The notes: a model not told the origin generated them from the letters alone. A stretch of 64,000 nt of DNA from Eledone cirrhosa (GCA_964016885.1 OZ024742.1:52452001-52516000), one strand, 5' to 3'. Shown: positions 42,768 to 56,727, counted from the first letter of the stretch. Made by a program: numbers and translations.

Positions 42768-43000
42768 ATCCAAAATTAAATTAAGGGTGTCATGTCAGAG
42801 AGACATGCGCCATATCCACTGTAGAATATGCTTCAACATTCCAATGAATAGATCCGAGCATTTTATATCAACTAGAAATTGATTGACATATATATATATA
42901 TCTAAAATAAACATACACATTTCTACAAATTATACCCTGTGATTGTTTCATATCTTCATTTTAGATATATATATATGTCAATCAATTTCTAGTTGATATA
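42768..43000. mobile_element. Diverged relative of the 564-nt family, fold-back end
   Basis: Shares tccaaaattaa, gggtgtca..tgcgccatatc, cgagcattt and aactagaaattgatt. Confidence 0.65.
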
Positions 43001-43057
43001 TATATATAAGTTATTCGGGGTTGAATCGGAGGTAACCACAGTAAGTAAGGTACTCAA

Positions 43058-43091
<34 letters not shown>

Positions 43092-43114
<23 letters not shown>

Positions 43115-43319
43115 TAGCGGACTAGGTCTAAAAATATTGGGGGCCCACCTACAAATAGAATGCTATCATTTAATTTTTATAATGAATAAATAACATTTTC
43201 AAAAAATACATAAGTGGAAACAAAACAATGTAATCAAATGTTTGTGGAAAGATATCTTACCTTCTCCAATAAAAAATAAGATGTATTTTGCGAAATACGG
43301 TGACATTCAATGACACTCA

Positions 43320-43385
<66 letters not shown>

Positions 43386-43399
43386 GTGTGGGGGGGGGG

Positions 43400-43462
<63 letters not shown>

Positions 43463-43696
43463 CGTTTCTGAATTTGTTTAGCAAGATTCTTTATCTGAAA
43501 ACGTGTGTTGAAACCGATATTCTTATACTTTGGGAGGGTCATGTTGCCAATAAGAAACAGACGCACCAGTTGCTTTCACTCCAATTTATTAAAAATTTTA
43601 AAAAGTGTTTAAAAGAATTTTTTAATTTATAATAAATTGGAGTGAAAGCAACTAGTGCGTGTGTTTCTTATTGGCAACATGACTCTCCCAAAGTAT

Positions 43697-43732
<36 letters not shown>

Positions 43733-44023
43733 TTGTGTGTTTGTGTCTAGATATGTATGCATGTATGAATACATTAAGCTTTAGATTTAGTAGAATGTAC
43801 AACCACCTATTCCAGCTATTTGCATTTTCATATATTTTGTTTTCTAGTAATTCCCTGGGGAATTGGTTGACCAAATGCTTTGCTTAATTGTTTTATTTAT
43901 TCTTTTAAAATTTATATTTTTTCTCTTAGATTTCAGTTATTTTTTTAAAGCAAAGCCCTAAAATACTACGGTGTGCCCTGCAATGTTACTGTAGGTTTTG
44001 AGCAGCCTGGCTAGTCCAGCACT
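43092..44023 (+). mobile_element. hAT-like MITE with nested insertions
   Basis: CAGTAGCGGACTAG ... CTAGTCCAGCACTG imperfect TIRs. Confidence 0.45.
43523..43699. repeat. Long fold-back inverted repeat (~70-bp arms)
   Basis: ttatactttgggag...ctcccaaagtataa; possible decayed HHR 3' half GAAA-GCA..TGCGTC. Confidence 0.75.
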
Positions 44024-44096
44024 GTATATATATATATATATACGTATATAAATATAAAGTATAGAAATTGTTGTAGCGAGAAGCTAACAGTATTCC

Positions 44097-44323
<227 letters not shown>

Positions 44324-44340
44324 ATATATATAGAGAGAGA

Positions 44341-45208
44341 GAGAGAATTAGTACATCTACCAACATATGTGTACAGATGTACACCCATGCTAGCAAATAT
44401 ATATGTTATGTCTTAGTACCTTTGTGGTTCTATGCAGGGGGATGCAGAACAATTATATGAAAGACGTAAAATAAGATAATTTTAAAAATTAAAAATCAAC
44501 TTACTTACTAAAATGTTCACGCCAACTAATTAGTTTCTGTAAGGGGATAAATATAGTTACGTAATATAACTATAGAGAATTCCTTACGTCATCAGGGAGT
44601 CTATTCTCAGCTAAGTTCCCAGGCGATGCGCGGACACTAGGAACCCATATAAAAATAATAATTCAGTGGATGGAATAACGCTAGCGAGGACTAAATTCCA
44701 GAGCACTGAAAAAATTCACTGCCTCTGGTCAGTGGCAGATTCTAAAGAAACAATCACGTGACACTGAGGTTAATCAGTAGGAGCGAGGTGGTATTATGAC
44801 AAGAGCCTACTACTACCATGAATCAGCAGTAAATTTTGGCAAGTTTTGCTCAACAAATAATTTGAAGATAAATATAGAGAATTAGTACATTTACCAACAT
44901 ATGTGTACAGATGTACACCCATGCTAGCAAATATATATGTTATGTCTTAGTACCTTTGTGGTTCTATGCAGGGGGGTGCAGAACAATTATATGAAAGACG
45001 TAAAATAAGAAAATTTTAAAAATTAAAAATCAACTTACTAAAATTTTCACTCCAACTAATTAGTTTCTGTAACTATAGTTATATTACGTAACTATATTTA
45101 GTTATATTACGTAACTATATTTATCCCCTTACAGAAACTAATTAGTTGAAGTGAACATTTTAGTAAGTAAGTTGATTTTTAATTTTTTTAATTTTCTTAT
45201 TTTACGTC

Positions 45209-45213
<5 letters not shown>
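44341..45213 (-). mobile_element. ~534-nt tandem retrozyme-like element with fold-back 5' end
   Basis: 44347.. repeated at 44881.. (offset 534); the second copy flips orientation inside HHR stem II (~45070-45120). Confidence 0.82.
44519..44600 (-). ncRNA. Type I hammerhead ribozyme
   Basis: ACTCC-CTGATGA-C-GTAAGG...CCTTAC-A-GAAAC-TAATTA-GTT^GGCGT (GGAGT in the second copy). Confidence 0.82.
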
Positions 45214-45252
<39 letters not shown>

Positions 45253-45255
<3 letters not shown>

Positions 45256-45373
45256 AAGGCGTGTGGCTGAGTGGTTAGAGAATTGGATTCACAATCTTGA
45301 GGTTGTGAGTTCGATTCCCGGACCGGGCGATACGTTATGTCCTTGAGCAAGACATTTTATTTCACGTTGCTCC
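45253..45373 (+). mobile_element. tRNA-derived SINE 5' part (third family)
   Basis: gtggctgagtggttag A box, gagttcgattccc B box, gtccttgagcaagaca core. Confidence 0.75.
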
Positions 45374-45604
45374 TTCTACCTGGAGTTGCGACCGATAGAT
45401 AGTACTAGCAACTGGAAAGACCGATGGAAACATTGTTTCCTCGGTCCGATTTGACGAAAGTCGATCGATTTAAAATATATATATATTATATATATATATA
45501 TATAACAAACAGTTTGCACAATTGCAAACGAATTGAATATTATTATCAATATTCGAAAAACTCCGATTACATATATATATATATATATATAAGTGTGTGT
45601 GTGT

Positions 45605-45635
<31 letters not shown>

Positions 45636-45789
45636 CGTGTGTTCGAAAAATAGAGAAATGTCCCAGTATAAATCTCTATCAATAAAGGGAGTCTTCTACG
45701 TTTGTTACTACATTTATCGATAATAAATTTGCACAATATTTTCACATAAACAGTAGCCAGGAATCATATGTTTTGGCAATAATTTATAT

Positions 45790-46075
45790 ATATTAGTGAA
45801 ATACAATGGGCATATGGTTAGAATGTCGCAGGAAAATATCACTGGACAGAATTTATATGCAGAACCAACCAGCAGGAGACCCAAGGGCTGACACCGAACA
45901 GGATGGTTGGATAACATCCATGAGCTTCCCTGGTCTCACTTGGGGACCCAGCTAGATCAGTTGGAGACGGTTGCTTCTGCCAAGACCCGCTGAAAGGTTT
46001 GAGGAGCCTGCCCTCACGACCTTCTCAGGAATATGTGGGTGAAGAAGAAGAAGAAGAAGAAGAAGAAGAAGAAGA
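45790..46075 (+). pseudogene. RTE LINE 3' end with (GAA)n tail
   Basis: GHMVRMSQE..RRPKG*HRTGWLDNI; terminal (GAA)n. Confidence 0.7.
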
Positions 46076-46348
46076 GGGAAATCTGTTGAAGCTCAGGGGA
46101 CTAGACTTCAAAAATTACGGCAGCATTTCTGCTTGTAGAACATTTGCCGTAGTGCATATATATCTAGGCTTCTGTACAACATGGATCCATAGCCATCACT
46201 ACAAAGCATTAAACGTAACACTACCTTATGATTAACATAAATGTAAAATACACCACTCACACAACCTGCACACGTAAACACACCACTACATTCGTATACA
46301 TAAAATATATACACGCGTACTCAGACACACGCACACGCATACACACGC

Positions 46349-46449
<101 letters not shown>

Positions 46450-46542
46450 TCTGTGTGTTTGTATGTGTGTTTTGTGTATGTGTGTGTGTTTGTGTGTGTG
46501 TATGTGTGTTTTTGTGTGTATATGTGTGTGTGTGTGTGCGTG

Positions 46543-46759
46543 TGAGTAGAAACAGTACCCAGGCTAAGCGTATGTTTATCATACGTAGATATCTCGTATA
46601 TTCTCCAATATATATATGTGTCATTGTATTTACATATATATTTATATTTATGGGTAAATATAGGTACATGTGTGTGTATGTGTTTGTGTGAGTTTGTGTG
46701 TGAGTGTGTGTGTGTTTGTGTGTGTATTTGTGTGTGTTTATGTGTTTGTGTGTGTTGTT

Positions 46760-46792
<33 letters not shown>

Positions 46793-46910
46793 GTAGAAAC
46801 AGTACTTAGGCTAAACGTGTTTTTACATACATACATATCTCATATATATGCCCCTATATATGTATGTCATTGTGTTTACATATATATTTATGGGTAACTA
46901 TACGTCCGTG
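46543..46910 (+). repeat. Two diverged ~120-bp direct copies separated by (GT)n-like tract
   Basis: gagtagaaacagtac..aggctaa.cgt at 46544 and 46791. Confidence 0.6.
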
Positions 46911-47279
46911 GCAATCCGTACAACAGATTATAGATGCCGATGGATGTGTTGTTAACTAGATCGCGACAGACATTTTCGGAAGTTAATTTTCAAAATGAAG
47001 AACAAGAAAAAATATCAAATAATATCTTATATGTCAAAATGTGTAACTGCTTTTTAGTGTGTTTTATCTCCTTCATAAACATTACATATGTGTGTGTTTG
47101 TTTGTGTGTGTGTGTGTTTGTTTGTGTGTGTGTGTGTGTGGGTGTGTTCGTGTGTATGTTTGTGTGTGGGGGGGGGGTATACATGCATATATATTTATAT
47201 ATATATTCATTCTCCTATATATACACATATATAACTATATATACATATATACATATGTACATATATATATATATGTACA

Positions 47280-47310
<31 letters not shown>

Positions 47311-47370
47311 TTATGTTTTCTATACCTTTCATTTATATATATTCGTTCATATATGTGTGTACACACACAA

Positions 47371-47439
<69 letters not shown>

Positions 47440-47643
47440 CATACATACGTATATATCTACATACATAGATACGCACATTCATACATACATACATTCATAC
47501 ATACATGCATGCATACATGCTTTTATAGACAGAGAGTTATACATGCACAATATGTATAATTGCTGCATACATATTTTAAATTATATGATTCTGCTTGCTT
47601 GTTTATCTATGAGTGTGTATGTATATATTAATGTACTCATGCA

Positions 47644-47694
<51 letters not shown>

Positions 47695-48660
47695 GTTTAC
47701 ATATATACAAATATATACACTAAACAAATTTTTGGTTTCGTTTTTGGTCATATAGATTGAATAAACAAAATCATTTATCTTACTTGCTATTTGAAACGAG
47801 CAGATTTTTTAAACTGCTGTTTTTATAGATTTTTATATAATTCTTTTCACTGCGAAAGCAAGGATGTTGTTTTAATTTTATTTTTACTTTAAGTAATATT
47901 TCAGATTTTGTTTGAAAAATTTCCAGGCATGTAAATTACTGAAACACTTCAAATATAATATAAAACGTTGAAAAATATCTATGTATCAAATAAAAATATG
48001 ATGTCGATAATTAAAAATGAAAAAATGTTGTAAATGTATTGAAACGAAGGTATCACATGCTTACAAGAATTAATATGTGGTTGAAAAATGTTCTTCCTCA
48101 ACTGTTTAATGTTATTCTCATATACGTATGTATATCGATGGTCTAAAACAGGGAAATACCAAGAGAAGGAACTTACAATACTAAGCATTAGGCCACATCA
48201 ACTTCACCGGCATTCTACATTTTACAGACATTTTCTCAAGGATTTAATGATTTTAAGAAACATCACCAGTCTTAATAGTGTTCTATCTAAGATGTATGTG
48301 AGAGAAACGTCTAACTGAAATATATAGCAAAACACCCGTTGAATGTTCTAAAAAATTATCTAGAAATGGTGGGAGATAGATAGAGTTAAAGATGATTTGA
48401 GACAGAAAGTGACCCATGACGAGACGAGAATGGTGAGTTATAATGCAACTAGACAGATAGTGTAAGACAATAAGCTCGGTGATTTCATAGAATGTCAGCC
48501 TATTAGTTCTGACAGAAAGATAATATCTTCAATTGAAAAAAACAATGGAGAATATATTTCACGGTTGAATATTACGAACACCTAAATTCCTTAGATGGAA
48601 TTCCATATGTATATAATATATATACATATATATACAGACAAACACATATATATATTATAT

Positions 48661-48790
48661 AACTAACCTGTCGAAACGGTTAGAGCTCAGCCGTCGGGGT
48701 CCTGAATATTTTCATATTACCCACTCTACTACCCCAAGTATCGAGTAATCTGGTGCGTTATAGTCTACCTTGTATCTTACCACGCCCTCT
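48661..48790 (+). mobile_element. Family A short element copy (HHR 3' half)
   Basis: gtcgaaacggttagagctcagccgtcggggtc..attacccactctactac. Confidence 0.7.
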
Positions 48791-48812
48791 CTGCTCTCTC
48801 TGTCTGTCTCTC

Positions 48813-48913
<101 letters not shown>

Positions 48914-48935
48914 AACAACATAAGATGATTATTTA

Positions 48936-48988
48936 ATTTACCAGTGGTTTCTTGAAAGCAAAGAAAATCTGCTTTCAGTCGTCGGAAT
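48936..48988 (-). ncRNA. Hammerhead (U4C variant) in a ~180-nt element
   Basis: ATT-CCGACGA-C-TGAAAGCA(GATTTTCTT)TGCTTTCA-A-GAAAC-CACTG-GTA^AAT. Confidence 0.72.
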
Positions 48989-49087
48989 GAAAATATCCTG
49001 GTGTTTTTATTGAATGTGGATTTTAAATAATCTCTGTAACCTACATAGAGCACTCTTTTTTCCTGGACTTTTCCGACGTAATTACTT

Positions 49088-49174
<87 letters not shown>

Positions 49175-49180
<6 letters not shown>

Positions 49181-50400
49181 TAACAACAATGAATAAAAAC
49201 AAAGAACAAGTTCCTTATATTAAAACATTTCTTCATTTTACGATCGTTTCTACGATATATATGTGTGTTGGTATGTATATCATATAGATCTATGTAAAAA
49301 TATTACAAACTATCAGAGGAAATATACATACCTTCACATATATATGCTGTCTTCAGAAATAATGAGAATTGTTTATTGAAAAAAACCAACAAAGATTTAA
49401 TTTAATAGGTCTGTTTGGGAACAGGTTTTGAATTGACCAATAGAAAAGTAGTAAGAGGTCAAGTTGATAGAATAGTAGTAGTAGAAATTTAATTTAGGGG
49501 TAGAGGAATGCAGACTTATGTTTTGAATGGAAAGAATACTTTGAATGAAAAGAATACTTTGGGGATGAAAAGAGGTCAAGCCGGTGAAGGGTACACGAAA
49601 ATTTGATGCTATTAAAGAATAATGTTAATGTTAAAACCGAAGGAGAGTAACATTTTAGGGTAAAGGTATGAGTGAGAAATACCAATCTTATTTAAAACAC
49701 AAGGAATTTAGATCTATAAAAAGAAATTAAATTAATTGATAGGTATACTTATAGGGATACATTTATATTAATTCATATGGATGTGATTAATAAGAATTAG
49801 ATGTTATTAAAGAATGTTGTTAAAAACGAAGGAAAATAAAATTTTGGGATAAGTGTAGTAGTGAGAAATACCAATCTTATATATACTACAAGGAATCTCG
49901 ATTCATAACAGGAAATTAAATTAATTTATATGTATACTTTTAGGTATTAATTTTAGGAAAAGAGAGCTGTAAGAGGGAAATAAAATTATGAAGTTCTCTG
50001 TAGTAAAGTACTAATTATAGGTTAACTAAATTTTAAAAAAATAATTATAATAATATGTAAAATATAAGTGTAAAGTTTATATTAATTAGGTTTATAATAT
50101 TTGAAAGTTCTTCTAATTCTATGATTGCTAGATATAATTAATTCTTGTCGCTTATTTAATAGGATATCCTTAGATTTCATTATATCAAAAAGTTCCTGGG
50201 AGCATAATCTACACTCATAAATTTTTTAATATAAGGAACTTGTTCTTTGTTTTTATTCATTGTTTTTATTAATTTATCTTGACTCTGTTTTCCTGTGATT
50301 TTCATCGAAAATTTTTGAATGCATCTTCTCTTTTCATGATATTTGGATTACATTGAGTTCTTCATACTGATTGGAGACTACCTTATATTTTGGTAGATTT
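49175..50400 (-). mobile_element. PLE 3' fragment: GIY-YIG tail (50082-50216), ~700-nt 3'UTR, HHR, inverted 5' segment
   Basis: ECRLCSQELFDIMKSKDILLNKRQELIISSNHRIRRTFKYYKPN*, closely matching the end of ORF 33903-34283; 50226-50272 is an inverted copy of 49178-49224. Confidence 0.85.
49233..49362 (-). ncRNA. Hammerhead with ~100-nt stem II domain
   Basis: TTATTT-CTGAAGA-C-AGCATATATATGTG...CACATATATATCGT-A-GAAAC-GATC-GTA^AAATGA. Confidence 0.8.
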
Positions 50401-52204
50401 ATCTATATATATATATATTATATATATATATATATATTATATATATAAAACTTCACACAAATACTGTGTTGGAAACCAGCTATGGGACAGTGGGATATGC
50501 TCACTTTCCAGCGTGTTTTGCTACTTAGAGACAAACAATATTCATTTGTTGCCTGCGAGACGAAACGGACCACCTCTCCCTCTTGTTTCCATCGAGAACA
50601 ACAAAATACCACCAAGCCTGCTGGCATTAATGATCATATCACATATCGCTAACAATACATTTAACACAAATCCTTGCCCAACTCGCTTATCTACCCTAAT
50701 AATTTTGCTTTAAAATATCATTCCGCTTTACTCAATTTTTTCATTAATTATACTGGGTTGATGTAATTATAATCAACATTGCTTTTCAGGTAACCTTGTT
50801 GGTAAATGATTACTTCTGAAAACATAGATCGCTTTGCGATCAAATTCTTTTGAATCGAGTTAAATACTTCATTTATTACACCTGCCATCAGCAACACACT
50901 GAGCGAGGTAACGATCAATTAAAGACAGCCTACAAATGACGCTATATTTCACAATCTTCTATGTAAATTAAATTAATTCGCCTAACTCTTATTTAATGCA
51001 TTTCTCTATCAAATTATAAATAATAATTTCTCGAGAAAGGATGGTACATAGATTGTATATAGATTTATAACGACGATTATTAACATAAGTTGACTAAAAA
51101 GATTTTAACCAGAAATTGAATCCAAAGCACAGGTGTAGAAGACAAGCGATTTAGCGCCTTTTCTTTGTTTTTTATACAATTTCATTTTGTGTATAAAATC
51201 TATGTATGTATGGATAAACACGTAACTCCTGTAGGAGAGTCGTCGTGACATGCGAAGTGTCTTGGGCAACTTAAACCTGGGAATGCCCATCGTATGTTAA
51301 GGTCTGAACACAGCCACGTGTTTGAACACATTTGTCAAACTGTAGGTTTTATGAAATAATTGTACCATAAGTTTAGCTTTTTGCAATAACACATGTTAAA
51401 AGTCATCTGGTGGTTATTTCAGACTGATAACGACACCAACAAGGTACCATTTATGTGGTTAATTGACATGCTAAAAGGAGCAGCCCAATATCTCTGGAAT
51501 CAATTTCTTACAGAGGCAGAAAACGGGGGAAGGGGATTTGGTGTAGTTATATTGTCACCAATTTAGCGGAGAAGTATTTAGAGAGTTGTAATGTCGCCAC
51601 GAGGAACCAGGTTTGGTAGAAAGATATGATAGGAATATCGACAACAACTTTAGCTTGGTTTTACATTATTTATTAACAGAGGTTGAGCTGGCATGCCAAG
51701 AGAAATAAAACAAATCAATTAAGATTACAAGAGAAAAGACTGGCTGAGGCGTTTAGCCAATTCCGTAGTAAAATTGTTGTGTCGTTACATATTGTTTGTG
51801 CTGGCGGAGCAAAAGAACAAGTGGTGTTTACCTTAGCATGGTCCAAGCTGGAAGTCATAGCGTCCTCAAATCTTTGCGGGCTATTTCTCCCTCAGAACGC
51901 GTAGGGATACATCCTCTTCTACTGGCGCTGATTGGCTGAGCTGAGCCAAATCACGCACAGAGAATGTATGTGAGCCCGCGGAATGTAGGTCACTACAGGG
52001 ATATCGAGAAAGTATCAACATCAGGACTGGATTGGACTGGTTTGGTACTTTTTTGTTGAATACGACCTTGGTGGGATTCAAAGCGGAAAGAGCCGGAACG
52101 AATACCACAAATAATTTTATCAGACTCTGCGAAATAACCGCCTTGTATAAAATGACAATTCTCAATATAATAGATTGTATGTGTGTGTATCTCAATTGTG
52201 TTAA

Positions 52205-52800
52205 TGATCGGCTTGTCTCCCCACAGCCCCGGCGGACAGAATGGAGAAGGCGTTTCCCCCGAGGGCGGCAAGGGAGACACGCTGGAAAAGCCACTCCAAC
52301 TCGCGGGGCTCACACCTGCGGCCAGCTCAGCGCCTATGGGGGTCAGTAGGGAGGTAGCCCTGGGGCCGAGGACACCAGAAGTCTCCACTGCCAGGGGTAC
52401 AACCACAAACCTGTCGGAGAGAGACTGGTATTTGAGGAGTTTGGCCCCCACAGCCCAACGTGCAGCAGAACCTGGTTCAGTCGCAGACTGCACCAGGTTG
52501 CGGCTGCAGAAAGTGTCGGTGCAAGTGGCATCCCAGACGAGGGGTTTGCCACCGCGGAACGGGAAGATGGTCATGCCATCTGACCTTTTGCCGTCCCCTC
52601 GATCCAGCCCCACCGGCTCGAGCTGGGAAGGGAAGCCTGCAGTGTCCAAGCCATGCTTTATGACCTCGTTGAGGGCAGCATGGCGTGGAAGGCGGTCGGC
52701 ACTGTGGTGACAGGAAAGCGGATGGAGGCCGAAAGGGTCCACGATGGATCCGCAGCGACATTGGTGTGGCTCGCAGATCCGGAGGCCGAGCCTCAGGGAG
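52205..52800 (-). pseudogene. CRE-like RLE non-LTR retrotransposon 3' fragment
   Basis: GC-rich island; LRLG..HQCRCG..H.LSC, RH..LNEVI, LEP.GL..DGKRSDG, LVWDATC.DT, K..KY, PLAVETSG. Confidence 0.85.
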
Positions 52801-54467
52801 CATTACTTTAACAATGTTCTACGAAATATGAGTTTTCATACATTTAGTGAATAAACTGAAAAACACGAATAATAAATATATAGGCATTAATTTATAAAGC
52901 AGAAATATAATAAATGGTTGGTTTATTTATTTTTTTATTTTTAATTCATTTTCGGCCATTTTTAACATATTTTTCTTTTTATTGTTCTTTCTTCTTTTAT
53001 TTTTCTCTCTGTTCTGCAGATTTTAATTGAAGTATAGGAAAATACAATAATATTTTCCCCATTTCAATAGAAAATTCTATAGTTTCAAGTGCTCTATTAC
53101 ACCATTTGCATTTTCCTATTTAATTCATAGCCATAGAGAGCATATTTTATTGATTGCAATTTAAATTACACAAGATAACAGCAATACCGATGGATGGTTA
53201 TGTTGCTATATATTTTATTTCTTTATTTTGGATTCTTGTTTCCAATCATTTTATTCGTAATCAACGTTCAGATTGTTGCCAAAAAAAATCATTCGACACA
53301 GTAAGTAAGATCATTATTTTTAAAATGACAATCAACATTGAAATGATTGCTTTCAAATGGTTCGTCTAAATATTATCAATTGATTTGTAAGCAAGAACAT
53401 ATATAAATACATGTTTTAAATTCTCAAATTTCATATAATGTGCCTGTTTTAAATATACTACTTTGTGTTTTCATATTTCAATATGAAGGCCAAATGAGGT
53501 GCATTAGCAGAATTGGTAGATCATCAGAGAGACTGCAATTGGGTTATTTGTGTTACCTTTTTACATTCTGAGTTCAAATCACACCAAGGTCGATTTGCTT
53601 CTCATTCTTCAATTTCGCACCCTACCACAACACCCCATACACATCACAGGCTACACACTCCAATCCTCCTCATCCATACATCCACCTCTATACACACACC
53701 CGTATATACACGTATGCACCTCACAGACTACATACAATAATCCACTAAATCGATACTTCCACCTAATTATACACACATCTCTATATACACATATATATAT
53801 ACCATACTGACTACATGAAACTATCCTTCACTTCTGTACATCTACCTCTATGTACACTCACCTCTATATACGTATATACACATCACAGACTACATATACA
53901 TATCCTCTACATCCATACCTCCACCTCTGTATACACACACCTTTATATAGACACTCCTTTATATATAAATGTACACCTGGCAGGCTATATTACGCACAGA
54001 AATCCTCCATATCCATACATCCACCTCTCTATATACATATACACCTCACAGACTATATTACATTGACACAACCCTCCACGTCTATACATCAATATAGACC
54101 GCATACATTCCACACACACACACTTGCATCAGCACACAAAGCTACTCATTAACTTCACACATACTCATAACTCAAAACAATACACACATGTCGACATTGT
54201 GCAAATATTCTTCTGCACCCCTGACTCTCAAAACACTTCCATCCCCTATTCCTGCGTACACCATCTCAATTTCTCTCTCTCATCTCCACCAATATATACT
54301 ATGATATGCATGAGCATTTCCACCCTATCTCTTCGGGTAAGTAAAATGGTATTCATTTCTAGACTCAGATCATCTCTCACTACAAGGCCACTTCACACGC
54401 TCTCTCATTTTTCTATTATTATATGTATGTATATATAAATATATAAGTGTATGTACACAGATATATA

Positions 54468-54498
<31 letters not shown>

Positions 54499-54510
54499 AT
54501 ATAATATAAT

Positions 54511-54704
54511 ATAATTGTTTCTACTATTGGCACAAGGCCAGCAATTACCCAGTACATTACTGGTACTTTATTTTATCGACCCCGTAAGGATGAAAGGCAA
54601 AGTTAACCTCGGCGGGATTTGAACTCAGAATGGCAAGGGCCGTAACTCTATGCGTCAAAGCATGGCGTCCGACCCACTACCGAAACTGCCAATTCACAGC
54701 CCTA
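54511..54704 (-). mobile_element. SINE
   Basis: Full copy of the main SINE family. Confidence 0.88.
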
Positions 54705-54868
54705 TAATATAATATAATATAATATAAAGAGGAAAAACACTGGAGAGTGTGTTTTTATTTAAAGGATTTTAAACCACCAGCGTGAAAAGAATATAAACTA
54801 AGAGGGGTTTAGGAGAAATATAATTAAAAGGATAAATTAAAATGAAAAACCAATCTCATAACTAAATC

Positions 54869-54948
54869 GCACTTGTACAAACTCACTAAGAGATTGTTTT
54901 ACCCTATAAGTGGGTTCAGATTCAGCTTTGTGGATCATCAGCATGTGC
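54869..54948 (-). ncRNA. Decayed hammerhead in element ~54725-55180
   Basis: GCACATG-CTGATGA-T-CC...GG-T-AAAAC-AA..TT-GTA^CAAGTGC (G12A). Confidence 0.6.
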
Positions 54949-55370
54949 TTAAGTTGATATTGTCCCCACTACTAAAGATAACTATAGTAACTGACCTGTA
55001 GCACGTGTGAATAGGGGGAAATACGTGCGCGAGGCAGTGACCGGTGGTATGAACAGAAGAAGCCGCTAGAAATGGCAGCCTAGCTATTCAATTTATGGTG
55101 CTTCACAGCAGAGAGAACGCAAGGAGGAAATATCATTGAATTACAGGATTATACGCGAGTCCTTTACTCCGTTATTTTACTATATATATATATTATTGAA
55201 TACAATATGTTGAAAGGATAACACACTAGAGACAGAAAGAGATCGTGTGCCATCAATAAAACAGGGAAAACCACCAGTGTATGGAATCTATAACCTATGG
55301 AAGGCAGGGTAGACACAATAATTAAAAATATAAATTAAAATGCATATACGCACCTCTATAACTATATAAC

Positions 55371-55453
55371 ACACGCGTACAAATCGAAAGAGATCTGTTT
55401 CGCCAGGAATTTGTTGATTGAAATGGGATCGCCTATGGGTCATCAGCGCGTGT
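55371..55453 (-). ncRNA. Full type I hammerhead ribozyme
   Basis: Reverse complement of 55758-55840. Confidence 0.87.
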
Positions 55454-55757
55454 AAGACAATACATTCCAGACAACTCTAAGAAAATCTAAGACAACCGTC
55501 CAGCAACACGCGGCAGAGACATGTGACAGCGTCGTGTGTACGACAGTGAACCAGTGGTATCTGAGGGACGAGCTGCTAGAAAGGGCAGCCCAAAAACCAC
55601 TCAAAGAAATGTGCTCAACCAAACAGAAAGAGAGAGGAAAGGAGCGAAATATCACGATAAATTAACCGAGCCATAGACTCTCGTTATTCCCTGTAAATTA
55701 TGTGCTCAAAGGAAAAGGAATCCTGAGCTCTTAGAGTTGTCTGGAATGTATTGTCTT

Positions 55758-55840
55758 ACACGCGCTGATGACCCATAGGCGATCCCATGTCAGTCAACAA
55801 ATTCCTGGCGAAACAGATCTCTTTCGATTTGTACGCGTGT
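55758..55840 (+). ncRNA. Full type I hammerhead ribozyme
   Basis: ACACGCG-CTGATGA-C-CCA..TGG-C-GAAAC-AGATC(TCTTTC)GATTT-GTA^CGCGTGT. Confidence 0.88.
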
Positions 55841-55961
55841 GTTATATAGTTATAGAGGTGCGTATATGCATTTTAATTTATATTTTTAACTATTGTGTGT
55901 CTACCCTGCCTTCCATAGATTCGATACACTGGTGATTTTCCCTTTTTTATTGATGGCACAC

Positions 55962-56044
<83 letters not shown>

Positions 56045-56152
56045 AGAATGTTACCCTTTCAACATATTGTATTCTAAAGAGCTCAGGATTCCTTTTCCTT
56101 TGAGCACATAATTTACAGGGAATAACGAGAGTCTATGGCTCCGTTAATTTAT

Positions 56153-56284
<132 letters not shown>

Positions 56285-56392
56285 AAGCCACAAGGAGGAA
56301 GAGGGGATAAAAAAAAGTCCTCAACCCTCCATCCTCAAGCGTGAAACTAATACTTATATCATTTGTACTGCCTCTTTGTTTTTTGTTCTCTG

Positions 56393-56432
<40 letters not shown>

Positions 56433-56435
<3 letters not shown>

Positions 56436-56590
56436 CAAAGGAGTTGTAGTAAGGAACCAGATAGACCATAACGCACCAGAGTACTCAATACTTAGGGTAG
56501 TAGAGTGGGTAATAGGAAAATGTGTGACCCCGACGGCAGAGCTCAAGCCGTCGAAACGGCTTGAGCTCTGCCGTCGGGGTCATACTTTTT

Positions 56591-56592
<2 letters not shown>
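56433..56592 (-). mobile_element. Family A fold-back element
   Basis: Hairpin 56514-56592 centred on ccgt-cgaa-acgg; tail is the reverse complement of 1281-1363. Confidence 0.75.
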
Positions 56593-56626
<34 letters not shown>

Positions 56627-56631
<5 letters not shown>

Positions 56632-56727
56632 AAGCCACATAAGCCGATTGTACATTGTTGCATAATATTTGCAGACAGATGGTGCAGTGCACCTTACTGC
56701 TGCATTAGTTCAGCAGAAACTCGAGTC
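56627..56727 (+). ncRNA. 5'-truncated long-stem-II hammerhead at the start of element 56627-56900
   Basis: TGATGA-A-GC...GC-A-GAAAC-TCGA-GTC with palindromic ACTCGAGT; C3 and 5' stem I lost at the (TA)n junction. Confidence 0.55.
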
